NCBI RefSeq assembly: GCF_000284455.1
Contig: NC_017039.1
Span: 1,590,001-1,622,000 of the forward strand
DNA: 32,000 bases
Direction of reading: 5' to 3'
DNA from: Synechocystis sp. PCC 6803 substr. PCC-P
GTDB lineage: Bacteria; Cyanobacteriota; Cyanobacteriia; Cyanobacteriales; Microcystaceae
Under the pieces are notes generated by a model that was given only the letters and a program-made list of their open reading frames with translations, was not told where the DNA came from and made no database searches. How positions within the stretch are numbered: the stretch's first letter is position 1; each line of letters begins with the position of its first letter. A program made the translations under genes and the position numbers. Positions 1 through 9,550 of this stretch are shown in pieces.

Positions 1-1392
1 ATTCTCAATGCCCCCTGGGGAGCTAACTCCAAATATGGTATTCGGGCCGCAATTGTGCAGGCAGCCGAGGATCCAGAAGGGGGACTAAGCCTCATCAATT
101 TCATCAAAAAGTATCCCACCGATATCCATTTCCAAGGGGAAGTGGTGGAAGAACGGGCCCGGGCGGTGGAACTGCTAGTTAAAGCTTCCGAACACTTCAT
201 TGATAAGATGATTGCCCTCTCGGAAATTGAGGCGGCTTCAGAAGGGGATATCAACTTTAGTGCTTTACCAGATCCCACTGAAATGGGCCCCTACGGTGTG
301 GCCCCCAAAGAAACCTGGTGGTTAAACGACCAAAGTCGTAACCGTCGTTTTTACGTGGATGTTTACCGCCCCCAACGCTGGAAAGAAGGCAAAACACCAG
401 TTTTAGTTTTTTCCCATGGTTTGGCTTCCCGTCCGGAAGATTTCGACAATGCGGCGGAGAAAATGGCCTCCTATGGTTTTGTGGTGGCTTTGCCCCAGCA
501 TCCCGGCAGTGACATTCTCCAGGCCCAAGCTTTACTCAATCGCACTTCTCGCCAGGGTTACTATCCCACCGAGTTTATTGACCGGCCCAAGGATATTAGC
601 TACGTCATTGATGAGTTGGAACGTCGCAATGCCAGTGAGTTCGGCGATCGCCTTAACTTGACCCAGGTAGGGGTGGGGGGCCACTCCTTTGGGGGTTATG
701 GCGCGTTAGCTGTGGCCGGGGCCACCATTGACTGGGATTTTTTGAAATCGGAATGTCGCATTGGCCAAGGAGTCCCCAACACGGCCCTGTTATTGCAATG
801 CGATGCCCTAACCCTGCCCCGGTCCGATTATGACTTCCGAGACCCCCGGGTAGTGGCAGTGCTGGCGGCCAATCCTGTTAACAGTGCGATCTTTGGCGTA
901 TCGGGACTGCATAAGGTTACGGTCCCAGTTCTATTGCTTGGGGGCAGTTATGATCCAGCCACTCCTTTTGTGTTGGAACAGGCCCGTTCTTTCCCTCGCT
1001 TGGCCAGTCGTGATAAGTATCTAACTTTGATGGAAGGGCAAGCCCACGTAGATTTCTCCAAAATTGATGCCAATATCAAAAACGTGGTCGAGTCAGTGGA
1101 AGCAGTCAGTTTGAAATTGCCTGATCCAAACCTACTCCACACCTATGGTTCTGCTGTCATGGTGCCCTTTTTCCAGTTGTATGTAGCTGGGGACGAAAGT
1201 TTCCGCCCCCTAGTGGAGAACGGAGCCGCCCATGCCGCCTATTTGAGTCGGGATCAAGAATTCAAGTTTTATCTAATTAGCCAAAAATCCGAGGGAGCTT
1301 TAATTAAGGACATTGAGGAGTTCCGCCGCACCAACGGTCTGACTCCTCCTCCCAATGAGTTTCCCCCCCAAACCATTTCCGATAATTTTTAA
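1..1392 (+). CDS. alpha/beta-fold hydrolase (esterase-like); 5' end lies outside the window
   Basis: Frame 1 is open from base 1, so the track ORF start at 55 is an internal GTG. GHSFGG nucleophile elbow and dienelactone/PAF-acetylhydrolase-like layout. Confidence 0.7.
   Translation: MLNAPWGANSKYGIRAAIVQAAEDPEGGLSLINFIKKYPTDIHFQGEVVEERARAVELLVKASEHFIDKMIALSEIEAASEGDINFSALPDPTEMGPYGVAPKETWWLNDQSRNRRFYVDVYRPQRWKEGKTPVLVFSHGLASRPEDFDNAAEKMASYGFVVALPQHPGSDILQAQALLNRTSRQGYYPTEFIDRPKDISYVIDELERRNASEFGDRLNLTQVGVGGHSFGGYGALAVAGATIDWDFLKSECRIGQGVPNTALLLQCDALTLPRSDYDFRDPRVVAVLAANPVNSAIFGVSGLHKVTVPVLLLGGSYDPATPFVLEQARSFPRLASRDKYLTLMEGQAHVDFSKIDANIKNVVESVEAVSLKLPDPNLLHTYGSAVMVPFFQLYVAGDESFRPLVENGAAHAAYLSRDQEFKFYLISQKSEGALIKDIEEFRRTNGLTPPPNEFPPQTISDNF
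644..651. repeat. HIP1 octamer GCGATCGC (one example of ~22 perfect copies)
   Basis: Other copies read directly at 4352, 5944, 7009 and many more. HIP1 is a hallmark of Synechocystis-type genomes. Confidence 0.9.
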
Positions 1393-1404
1393 TGTGAACT
1401 AGCC

Positions 1405-1616
1405 ATGAAAATCACTCTAAATCTTAACGATGATTTTTTCCAAGCAGCAATGAATCTTAGTCCAGATATGACCTTAAAACTGCTATTGAGCATGCTTTAC
1501 AAGCGTACCTAGAACAATAAAAATTACTGAAAATCATCAATATATTTGGGACAATAGAATAAGGTCTTGATTATGACTATAAACAACAGGGAACTGTCCA
1601 ATGGAAGTCATCGTAG
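1405..1616 (+). pseudogene. decayed VapB-type (DUF2191-like) antitoxin
   Basis: MKITLNLNDDFFQAAMNLSP reads in frame 1. The family-like continuation DLKTAIEHALQAYLEQ*KLLKIINIFGTIE*GLDYDYKQQ sits in another frame from 1470, with two in-frame TAA codons (1518, 1560). Confidence 0.5.
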
Positions 1617-1834
1617 ATACCAGGATTTGGTCGTTGGCACTGCTAGGACGACAATCCAATTTAAATCAAGATATTACAGCCCAACTTCAGGCTCTCATTC
1701 AGAATGGTCAAACTTTAATCAATACTACTGATTATCAATGTTTGTTAAATCGTAAAGTAGAGTTATGGCCGCAAATCCTTAAATCCTTAGAAAGCTTAAT
1801 CTACCTAGGGACTACGGATAATTTCCCCCTCTAA
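1601..1834 (+). pseudogene. truncated PIN-domain VapC-like toxin
   Basis: N-terminus MEVIVDTRIWSLALLGRQ matches the PIN/VapC start pattern. Only 77 aa versus ~130 expected, and the second half is not PIN-like. Confidence 0.45.
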
Positions 1835-2011
1835 AGAGTAATTCCACCGTTGTCGGCAAGGGGTTTTGCTCTGTGTTGCCGTGGCTGTGCCTGTACTTTG
1901 TCATTAGAATCAGGATTAAACTCCGTTGGCCCATCCCGGCCCTGAATGGCAGGGTTTTCCCGTGTCATACTTTTCGGTAATAATCAGAAATTTAGGTGGT
2001 GTGAAAAAATC

Positions 2012-3028
2012 ATGGCTGTATCCCTTAAGCAAGCCCTAGTAGTAGGCAGCTACATTGTTGGTCAGCGGCTCCAGGGCAAAAAGCGGTTCCCCCTAGTGCT
2101 GATGCTAGAACCCCTATTCCGCTGTAACCTGGCCTGCCAAGGCTGTGGAAAAATTCAACATCCCACGGAAATTCTCAAGCAAAATCTCTCCCCAGAAGAT
2201 TGCTTTCGGGCAGTGGAGGAATGCGGTGCCCCGGTGGTATCCATTCCCGGTGGTGAACCTCTGCTCCATCCTCAAATTGATGAAATTGTCCGGGGCTTGG
2301 TGGCCCGCCGGAAATTCATTTATCTTTGCACCAACGCAATTTTGTTGGAAAAAAGCCTCGACAAATTCCAGCCTTCCCCTTATCTGACTTTCAGCGTCCA
2401 TCTCGATGGCCCCAGGGAACACCACGATAAATGTGTCGATCGCCAAGGGGTATTTGATAAAGCTGTTGCAGCCATTAAAGCAGCTAAGGCCAAAGGATTC
2501 CGGGTTACCACCAACACCACCGTGTTTGAAGGGGCCAACGTGGCAAAAATGCAGGCATTTTTTGACTATCTGCAAACCCTGGGCATTGACGGCATGATGA
2601 TCTCCCCAGGCTATAGCTACGAGTGGGCACCGGATCAAGACCATTTCCTCAAACGGGATCAGACCAAAGCCCTGTTCCGAGAACTACTAGCTCCCTGGAA
2701 TAAAGGTAAAAAAGCCTGGAATTTTAACCACAATCCCCTCTTTTTAGACTTTCTCATGGGGGAAAAGGATTACGATTGCACCCCCTGGGGTAGCCCTAGC
2801 TACAGCGTGCTCGGTTGGCAAAAACCCTGCTACCTACTCAACGAAGGTTATTACCAAAGTTTCCAAGAACTACTGGAAGAAACAAGATGGGAAAATTACG
2901 GTCCCAAAAGCAACAATCCCCAATGCCAGGATTGCATGGTCCACTGTGGCTATGAACCCACCGCGGCCCTCGATGCCCTCCACCCGGCCAATATGGGTCG
3001 GGCCATGGGCAGTTTAATCAGCGCCTAG
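2012..3028 (+). CDS. hpnH: radical SAM hopanoid side-chain enzyme HpnH (adenosylhopane synthase)
   Basis: CNLACQGCG radical-SAM motif. [26 protein letters not shown] and CMVHCGYE blocks are typical of HpnH. ATG at 2012 is preferred over the track start at 1946. Confidence 0.85.
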   Translation: MAVSLKQALVVGSYIVGQRLQGKKRFPLVLMLEPLFRCNLACQGCGKIQHPTEILKQNLSPEDCFRAVEECGAPVVSIPGGEPLLHPQIDEIVRGLVARRKFIYLCTNAILLEKSLDKFQPSPYLTFSVHLDGPREHHDKCVDRQGVFDKAVAAIKAAKAKGFRVTTNTTVFEGANVAKMQAFFDYLQTLGIDGMMISPGYSYEWAPDQDHFLKRDQTKALFRELLAPWNKGKKAWNFNHNPLFLDFLMGEKDYDCTPWGSPSYSVLGWQKPCYLLNEGYYQSFQELLEETRWENYGPKSNNPQCQDCMVHCGYEPTAALDALHPANMGRAMGSLISA

Positions 3029-3146
3029 GGAGTAATGCCATCGCCAGAAGCCCAAAGATCCCCTATGATTGGCGAAGAAATTTTGAGAATGCCAAAGTTT
3101 ACAATGCCCTGATTGGCACGGTTTCGTTCACGGTCTGGTTATCTGC

Positions 3147-4316
3147 ATGCATATTGCTTGGTTAGGAAAAAAAACGCCCTTTTGCGGCAATGTAACCTAC
3201 GGTCGGGAAGTAACCAATGCATTACTAGACCGGGGCCATCAGGTCAGCTTTTTGCATTTTGCCCAGGAGGAGGAGGGAGAACCCCTGGCGGAAAATGGTT
3301 GCGCGGAAGTGGCCTTACCGTTTCTATTTAAATCAACCGTTTATACCATCCCTACCCCCCGCTCCAGCCGGGTTTTAACCGATGCCCTGGCCAAGTTAAA
3401 GCCGGATTTGGTGCACGCCTCCTTAACCCTTTCTCCCCTGGATTTTCGTTTGCCGGAAATTTGTGAAGAATTGGGCTTACCTTTAATTGCCACCTTCCAT
3501 CCCCCCTTTGACAGTAAGCTACGCAATTTTTCCTCCAGTACCCAGTTTTTGACCTACCAACTCTATGCCCCCTCCTTGGCCCAGTACGATAAGGTAATCA
3601 TCTTTTCCCGACTACAGCGGAACCTTTTACTCAAGTTGGGGGTGCCCCGGCAACGCCTGGCCATCATTCCCAATGGGGTTGCGGTGGAGCGCTATTGTCC
3701 AGGGCAAAATGACCTGAAAAAAGAGTACCAGGCCGAACGGTTATTCATTTATCTGGGACGCATTGCCCCGGAAAAGAACGTGGAAGCTCTGCTCAAAGGT
3801 TGGAAATTTTCCGACATGGGCCCCCATTGCAAACTGCTGATGGTGGGGGACGGCATTTTAAAATCGACTCTGCAAACCCACTACGGCCCGGAAATGGGAG
3901 TCCATTGGTTGGGCTTCGTGGCCGATGAATTGACCAGGATTCAACTGTTGCGGGCTGCCGATGCCTTTATTTTGCCTTCCTTGGTGGAGGGTTTATCCCT
4001 ATCTTTATTGGAAGCCATGGCCTGTGGCACAGCCTGTGTGGCCACCGACGCTGGAGCGGATGGGGAAGTGCTGGAAAATGGGGCGGGCATTGTGCTCAAA
4101 ACCCAGGGGGTGACTGCCCAACTCAAAATTCTTTTGCCGCTACTACGGGACCATCCAGAGATTACGGATTTGTTGGGACGCAAAGCGAGGGAAAGGGTGT
4201 TGGAGCGCTACACCTTTGCGGCCAATATGGTGCAATTGGAATCCCTCTATAAAACTTTGGTGCCCCACCAAGCCCATTCTACGAACCTAAGTTCCTATTT
4301 TTATCTGCTGGAATGA
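3147..4316 (+). CDS. dgdA: GT4-family glycosyltransferase. Its position directly upstream of ktrB matches Synechocystis slr1508, reported as DGDG synthase DgdA and as KtrE.
   Basis: GT-B/GT4 C-terminal EGLSLSLLEAMACG motif. Stop overlaps the ktrB start (ATGA at 4313-4316). The symbol rests on synteny recall, not on a search. Confidence 0.7.
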   Translation: MHIAWLGKKTPFCGNVTYGREVTNALLDRGHQVSFLHFAQEEEGEPLAENGCAEVALPFLFKSTVYTIPTPRSSRVLTDALAKLKPDLVHASLTLSPLDFRLPEICEELGLPLIATFHPPFDSKLRNFSSSTQFLTYQLYAPSLAQYDKVIIFSRLQRNLLLKLGVPRQRLAIIPNGVAVERYCPGQNDLKKEYQAERLFIYLGRIAPEKNVEALLKGWKFSDMGPHCKLLMVGDGILKSTLQTHYGPEMGVHWLGFVADELTRIQLLRAADAFILPSLVEGLSLSLLEAMACGTACVATDAGADGEVLENGAGIVLKTQGVTAQLKILLPLLRDHPEITDLLGRKARERVLERYTFAANMVQLESLYKTLVPHQAHSTNLSSYFYLLE

Positions 4317-5647
4317 CTATTTCCCGTACCATTTGCCTTGGTTTCATTGCGGCGATCGCCGGGGGAACATTACTGTTGCTGATGCCCCTTGCCACCAGTA
4401 CTGGGGAGTGGGGTAATCCCTTGGTGGCTTTGTTTACTGCCACTTCCGCTGTTTGTGTGACGGGGCTCAGTGTGGTGGATGTGAACAAGTACTTTTCCTT
4501 TTGGGGAGAATTGACTGTCATGTTGCTGGCCCAGTTGGGGGGGTTGGGCTACATGACCCTGACCACTTTTTTGATGATCCTGATTGGGCGCAAATTTGAC
4601 CTCCAGCAACGGTTTGCCATCCAAGAATCCTTTGACCATCGTTTTGCCCAGGGCAGCAATAATTTAATCAAATCAGTCATTGCCACCACGCTAATTTTTG
4701 AAGTTACTGGTACTATAGTTCTTTTTTTTGTTTTCCTTCAGGACTATCCTCCCCCCCGGGCCCTTTGGTATGCCGTTTTCCACAGCGTCAGTGCTTTTAA
4801 TAATGCTGGTTTTAGTCTTTTTGCCGATAACTTAATCGGCTATCAAACCTCCGTGCCCCTTAATTTGACCGTTTCAGCCCTAATTATTTTTGGTGGCATT
4901 GGCTACCAGGTAATTATCGAGTCCTATTTCTGGTTAGTGCGAAAGGTAAAAAAATCCCAACGACCCTTTGCCTTTTCCCTTAACCTACGGGTGGTGGTGC
5001 GGGTGACTATTTTCCTGCTGTTGTTAGGCTTTTTCGGCATTCTGATTTTAGAGGCCCAGGGCAATCGAGCTTTTGCTCAGTTTTCTTTCCAGGATCGTTT
5101 ACTGGTCGCCTGGTTCCAGTCGGTGACTACCCGGACAGCGGGCTTTAACACCATTGATTTGAATGAGCTGAGTTCTACTAGTTTGGTGCTGGTGATGTTG
5201 TTGATGTTCATTGGGGCTAGTCCCAGTGGCACCGGCGGCGGAATCAAAACCACCACCTTTGCCATTTTGGCCAACTGCACCCGGTCAGCTCTGCGGGGCC
5301 AGGAAAGGGTAATTATTGATGACCGCTGTATTCCACCCCAGTTAATTCTCAAGGCGATCGCCGTGGTGTTTGGTTCGATGGTGACGGTGATTTCCAGCAT
5401 AAGTTTGTTGATTTTCCTGGAGTCGGAGCAGGAAGCGGTGTCCTTGGCATTTGAAGCGGTGTCTGCCTTTGCCACAGTAGGGCTTTCCTTGGGCACTACC
5501 CCAGAGCTAAAACCCCTTTCCCAACTGGTCTTAATTGTCACCATGTTCATTGGTCGGGTGGGCATTACCATTTTGATGGCGGCGATCGTGGGGGATCCTA
5601 AGCCAAGTTTGATTAAATATCCAGAGGAAAATTTGCTGGTAGGCTAA
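4313..5647 (+). CDS. ktrB: Ktr/Trk-type K+ transporter membrane subunit KtrB (TrkH family)
   Basis: 444-aa polytopic protein with repeated pore-loop glycine motifs (TGLS, NAGFS, TAGFN, TVGLS). Confidence 0.9.
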   Translation: MTISRTICLGFIAAIAGGTLLLLMPLATSTGEWGNPLVALFTATSAVCVTGLSVVDVNKYFSFWGELTVMLLAQLGGLGYMTLTTFLMILIGRKFDLQQRFAIQESFDHRFAQGSNNLIKSVIATTLIFEVTGTIVLFFVFLQDYPPPRALWYAVFHSVSAFNNAGFSLFADNLIGYQTSVPLNLTVSALIIFGGIGYQVIIESYFWLVRKVKKSQRPFAFSLNLRVVVRVTIFLLLLGFFGILILEAQGNRAFAQFSFQDRLLVAWFQSVTTRTAGFNTIDLNELSSTSLVLVMLLMFIGASPSGTGGGIKTTTFAILANCTRSALRGQERVIIDDRCIPPQLILKAIAVVFGSMVTVISSISLLIFLESEQEAVSLAFEAVSAFATVGLSLGTTPELKPLSQLVLIVTMFIGRVGITILMAAIVGDPKPSLIKYPEENLLVG

Positions 5648-5822
5648 TCCGGCTTCCCTATTCTGTTGAATAACAACGATATCAAGGTAGCCCATTTTGT
5701 CAGTAGGCCCCTCAGGGAAAAACAAGCCTAGGTTATGGATCAAGTTAGTTAGATGGATGGGGAAAAGTTCTGCTTAACCGGGCGGTCTGCTACAATTTTT
5801 GAGATTCAATGGGTTTTGATCA

Positions 5823-6869
5823 ATGGCTGTAACGCGGGCGAAAATTGCTTTAGACGCAATGGGCGGTGACTATGCCCCCGAAGAGATTGTTATCGGTGCT
5901 ATCCGGGCGAGTCAGGAATTAGATGTAGATATTTTCCTTGTCGGCGATCGCCAGGCCATTGAGGATTGTTTAAACCGCCATCCCCATCAGGGCATTAACC
6001 TTACCATTGTCGATGCGGAAGGGGTGGTGGAAATGGAAGAAGATGCGGTGGTGGTGCGCCGTAAGCCCAAGGCGTCCATTAATGTGGCGATGAATTTGGT
6101 CAAAGAAAAACAAGCCGATGCGGTGGTGTCCGCTGGCCATTCGGGAGCGGCCATGGCGGCGGCCCTACTGCGGCTGGGCCGTTTAAAAGGCATTGACCGG
6201 CCGGCGATCGGCACCTTATTTCCCACAATGGTTCCCGGCAAATCGGTAATTGTGCTAGACGTGGGGGCCAATGTGGATTGCAAGCCTAAATACCTGGAAC
6301 AGTTTGCCCTCATGGGAACGGTGTACAGCCAATATGTGTTGGGGGTTGATAGCCCCAAGGTTGGTCTGCTGAACATTGGTGAAGAGTCTAATAAAGGTAA
6401 CACCCTCGCCCTGCAAACCCATGAATTGTTGCAGAGTAATCCGGAAATTCCCTTTGTGGGCAACGCCGAAGGAAGGGACGTACTTTCCGGTAATTTTGAT
6501 GTGATTGTTTGTGATGGTTTTGTCGGCAATATTGTGCTTAAATTTGCCGAAGCGGTGGGGGAAATTTTACTGAGCATTGTTAAAGAAGAACTACCCAGGG
6601 GCTGGCGGGGCAAATTGGGGGCCATTATTTTAGCCCCCAACCTCAAACGCATTAAGCAACGGGTGGACCATGCCGAACATGGAGGAGCCTTACTATTCGG
6701 GGTCGATGGGGTTTGTGTAATTAGCCATGGTAGTTCCCGCAGTGGCTCCATTTTTAACGCCATTCGCCTAGCTAAGGAGGCGATCGATAATCAGGTTTCT
6801 GTGCGCATTAACAGTTCCACTTCCCTATTAATGGAACGACAAAAAACAGAGGAATTACAGAATATCTAG
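5823..6869 (+). CDS. plsX: phosphate acyltransferase PlsX
   Basis: IALDAMGGDYAP N-terminus and SHGSS motif; followed by fabH as in the conserved operon. Confidence 0.95.
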   Translation: MAVTRAKIALDAMGGDYAPEEIVIGAIRASQELDVDIFLVGDRQAIEDCLNRHPHQGINLTIVDAEGVVEMEEDAVVVRRKPKASINVAMNLVKEKQADAVVSAGHSGAAMAAALLRLGRLKGIDRPAIGTLFPTMVPGKSVIVLDVGANVDCKPKYLEQFALMGTVYSQYVLGVDSPKVGLLNIGEESNKGNTLALQTHELLQSNPEIPFVGNAEGRDVLSGNFDVIVCDGFVGNIVLKFAEAVGEILLSIVKEELPRGWRGKLGAIILAPNLKRIKQRVDHAEHGGALLFGVDGVCVISHGSSRSGSIFNAIRLAKEAIDNQVSVRINSSTSLLMERQKTEELQNI

Positions 6870-6963
6870 AAACTCCCCCCGGCCATAGTGACTCAGGGGC
6901 CAGCTTTGTCCTATGCTTTAAGCCTGTAATCGCTCACCATGACATCAGCGGGAGTCAGGACTT

Positions 6964-7956
6964 TTGAATACCCTTGGCAGTGGCCTCAAAATTATTGGCA
7001 GTGGCACGGCGATCGCCGACCAGAGTTTAACAAATCAAGACCTGAGCAACATTGTCGAGACCTCCGACGAGTGGATCCAGTCCCGCACGGGGATGCGCCA
7101 ACGCTACATTTGTTCGGCCCAGGAAAATTTGGCCAGTTTGGGGGTAAAGGCCGGCCAAAAAGCCCTGGCCATGGCGGGACTACAACCGGAAGACCTGGAT
7201 TTAATTATTCTGGCCACCTCCACCCCCGATGATTTATTTGGCACTGCAGCCCAAATTCAAGGGGGATTGGGGGCCACCAGAGCCTTTGCCTTTGACATAA
7301 CGGCGGCCTGTTCTGGTTTTGTGGTGGGGTTGAACGTAGCAGCCCAATTTTTACGCACCGGGGTTTACCAAAGGGTTTTAATAGTGGGAGGGGATGTACT
7401 TTCCCGTTGGGTGGACTGGTCGGACCGCACCACCTGTGTGTTATTCGGTGATGGAGCCGGAGCCGTGGTGCTACAACGCCAAGCCCAGGACAATTTGCTC
7501 GCCTTTGAAATGTACACCGATGGCACTGGCAATGGCTGTCTTAATTTGTCCTATCAAGCAAACCCTCAACCTTTAACAGCAGAAAAAACCGTTGCCCAGG
7601 GCACCTATCAAGCCATCACCATGAACGGCCGGGAAGTGTACCGTTTTGCCGTGGCTAAGGTGCCCGAAATCATCGAAAAAGTACTGTTTAAAGCCCAGTT
7701 GACCACCTCCGACTTGGACTGGGTAATTCTTCACCAAGCCAATCAACGCATTATGGATGCGGTGGGCGATCGCCTGGGTATTCCATCCGAGAAAATCATC
7801 AGTAATGTAGGGGAATACGGCAACACTTCGGCAGCTTCCATTCCCCTGGCTTTGGATCAAGCGGTGCGGGAAGGGAAAATTAAAGAGGGAGACCTAATCG
7901 CCCTGGCCGGCTTTGGGGCCGGCTTAACCTGGGCTGCTAGCATAGTGCGGTGGTAA
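6964..7956 (+). CDS. fabH: 3-oxoacyl-ACP synthase III FabH
   Basis: AACSGF active-site Cys, HQAN and GNTSAAS motifs. The only in-frame start near the N-terminus is TTG at 6964. Confidence 0.9.
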   Translation: MNTLGSGLKIIGSGTAIADQSLTNQDLSNIVETSDEWIQSRTGMRQRYICSAQENLASLGVKAGQKALAMAGLQPEDLDLIILATSTPDDLFGTAAQIQGGLGATRAFAFDITAACSGFVVGLNVAAQFLRTGVYQRVLIVGGDVLSRWVDWSDRTTCVLFGDGAGAVVLQRQAQDNLLAFEMYTDGTGNGCLNLSYQANPQPLTAEKTVAQGTYQAITMNGREVYRFAVAKVPEIIEKVLFKAQLTTSDLDWVILHQANQRIMDAVGDRLGIPSEKIISNVGEYGNTSAASIPLALDQAVREGKIKEGDLIALAGFGAGLTWAASIVRW

Positions 7957-7999
7957 ATAATCAACAGTCTAAAGTAGTTAGTAGTTACTAGGCAATGGA

Positions 8000-8566
8000 T
8001 TAGTAAACGTGGAAGGAGCTGGCCACTGTGTCAAACAGACTTTTCACTGTGTCCCAGCGGTCTTCTGCCGTGGATAAATCAAACGTAATTAACTTACCCC
8101 GGTTAGTGGTCACACTGGCCAAATCGTGGCGCTCCACATTGTCCCCCACCAACACCCGGTACTCCAGAGTGTAATAAACCTGACCGTCCTCATCCCTTGC
8201 CTCCGCATTAATTAATTCCGCCTGGCGATCGCCTTGGGAAGCATCGTTGACGGTTTTCATAAAGCGGTAACCCACATCGGTGGCTGTGCCCAAATCCGTC
8301 AAGGTTTTATCGCTGGGGATTTCACTAATAATCACGCTCAAATTTTCATCCCGCTCAATCAGGTCCCGGAACACCACATCCACCCCAGGGGAAGCCCCCT
8401 TAACGTCCACCCCAATCCAACCATTGGGATAAAGAAACTCATAACCATCTTTGGTGTCACTGTAGCGTTGCAGACTGGCAATGCCCACTCCTCCACAGGC
8501 GGTGAGGGTAAAGCTCAGCAGTAAAGTTACCAGGACTACAGCAGTGGATAGGGACTTTTTCAACAT
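8000..8566 (-). CDS. psbP: PsbP-like thylakoid lumen lipoprotein (CyanoP)
   Basis: Signal peptide with lipobox LTAC, then a PsbP-fold sequence (YEFLYPNGW, LSVIISE). ATG at 8566 is preferred over TTG at 8590. Confidence 0.85.
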   Translation of the reverse strand: MLKKSLSTAVVLVTLLLSFTLTACGGVGIASLQRYSDTKDGYEFLYPNGWIGVDVKGASPGVDVVFRDLIERDENLSVIISEIPSDKTLTDLGTATDVGYRFMKTVNDASQGDRQAELINAEARDEDGQVYYTLEYRVLVGDNVERHDLASVTTNRGKLITFDLSTAEDRWDTVKSLFDTVASSFHVY

Positions 8567-8769
8567 GGGAGAAAGGGAAGAACTGGGCAAGAAGGCAAAA
8601 TTACCTTTCCTTACCCATTAAACCTCCAATGGTTGACCAGAAACTAGAGGTAGAATGATTCCCGCCAGAAAAAGAAGTTTAACAATTTGCCATGGGCACT
8701 GTTCTGAAGCGGGGAGGAAGGCTATGGCCTCCTCAACCAATTTATTTCCTGCCTAACCCAGGGGACGTT

Positions 8770-8795
8770 GTTGAGGCTATAAGTTGAGGCTATAA
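8770..8795. repeat. perfect 13-bp tandem duplication GTTGAGGCTATAA x2
   Basis: Read directly: 8770-8782 and 8783-8795 are identical. Confidence 0.9.
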
Positions 8796-8902
8796 ATTTA
8801 ACTTATTAAAAGGTTCGACAAATTTGAGATAGTTTTGTGGCAAAGATACTGCTTAGGAACCAAATATTGCATAAACTTAGAGATATAGTTTTTTCTAAAA
8901 AA

Positions 8903-8918
8903 ATAGTCTTATTTCTAT
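8903..8918. promoter_or_regulatory. perfect ATAG-N8-CTAT palindrome (LysR-type, NdhR/CcmR-like box)
   Basis: ATAGtcttatttCTAT read directly, ~150 bp upstream of the small ORF at 9063/9072. Confidence 0.4.
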
Positions 8919-9071
8919 CTATTGAATCGGGGCAATTTAAACTCAGAATAGATTAGTTGTTCCCAGCTGAAACCATCGTGTGCTTTTTCCAGAGGCGTTT
9001 TTGGCAATTTTTCCTCTGGTAAATTTCACCGACTTTGGGGCAATGCTCATAATCACCATAGAGTGAAATCC

Positions 9072-9314
9072 ATGAACAAGTTTGAATCAAGACAATCGGA
9101 ACCAAAGACAAATAACAATGCTGGTTGGATAATTCATGTGTATGATAAAAGTCGCCGTCTTTTATTTGTTCTAGAACCTTCCCACGCTTGGCTCTTTTTC
9201 CTGGGTTGTGGTGTCGGCTTACTACTGTCGGTGGTTTGGGTCAATGTTGCTCGCCATAGTCCTCCGCTAGAATCCTCCCCAGTCAAGGTCTCGCCTCCCT
9301 TCCAGGTCGACTAG
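9072..9314 (+). CDS. hypothetical small single-pass membrane protein upstream of sbtA
   Basis: 80-83 aa ORF (GTG 9063 or ATG 9072) with one clear hydrophobic helix, AWLFFLGCGVGLLLSVVWVNVA. No obvious SD and no family recognised. Confidence 0.35.
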   Translation: MNKFESRQSEPKTNNNAGWIIHVYDKSRRLLFVLEPSHAWLFFLGCGVGLLLSVVWVNVARHSPPLESSPVKVSPPFQVD

Positions 9315-9504
9315 TCACAACAATTTAAAAATCAGAAAAATTGTCCCATTGATCAACTTACAGGGGGCCATTGAGCAAAATCCGGGGTCACCATCTAGTC
9401 CCCAAAAAGCTGGCGATCGCCAAATAATAGTAAAACTTATCATTCAAATTTAAAATTACTTAGCAGATCCAGGGGGACAACTGCAAAATTGGTCGGATTT
9501 ACAT

Positions 9505-9520
9505 ATAGACTTTAGCTTAT
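9505..9520. promoter_or_regulatory. degenerate half-palindrome ATAG-N8-TTAT
   Basis: ATAGactttagcTTAT, 31 bp upstream of the perfect site at 9551. Confidence 0.25.
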
Positions 9521-9550
9521 AGATTTCAAGACATAGGCATTCAAACCTGC

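Noticed and set aside
2114-2644. 176-aa minus-strand ORF, plus short + strand ORFs at 2145 and 2406
   Set aside because: All sit inside the well-supported hpnH frame, and none shows family features.
5987-6763. 258-aa ORF on the minus strand
   Set aside because: Lies entirely antisense to plsX and is low-complexity (Ser/Pro/Thr/Leu-rich). Typical shadow ORF.
7973-7986. Tandem 7-mer AGTAGTT x2 between convergent fabH and the psbP-like gene
   Set aside because: Too short, and no hairpin with a T-run. No basis for calling a terminator or repeat element.
8770-8795. Tandem 13-mer as a CRISPR-like or minisatellite array
   Set aside because: Only two abutting copies, no spacers and no further units.
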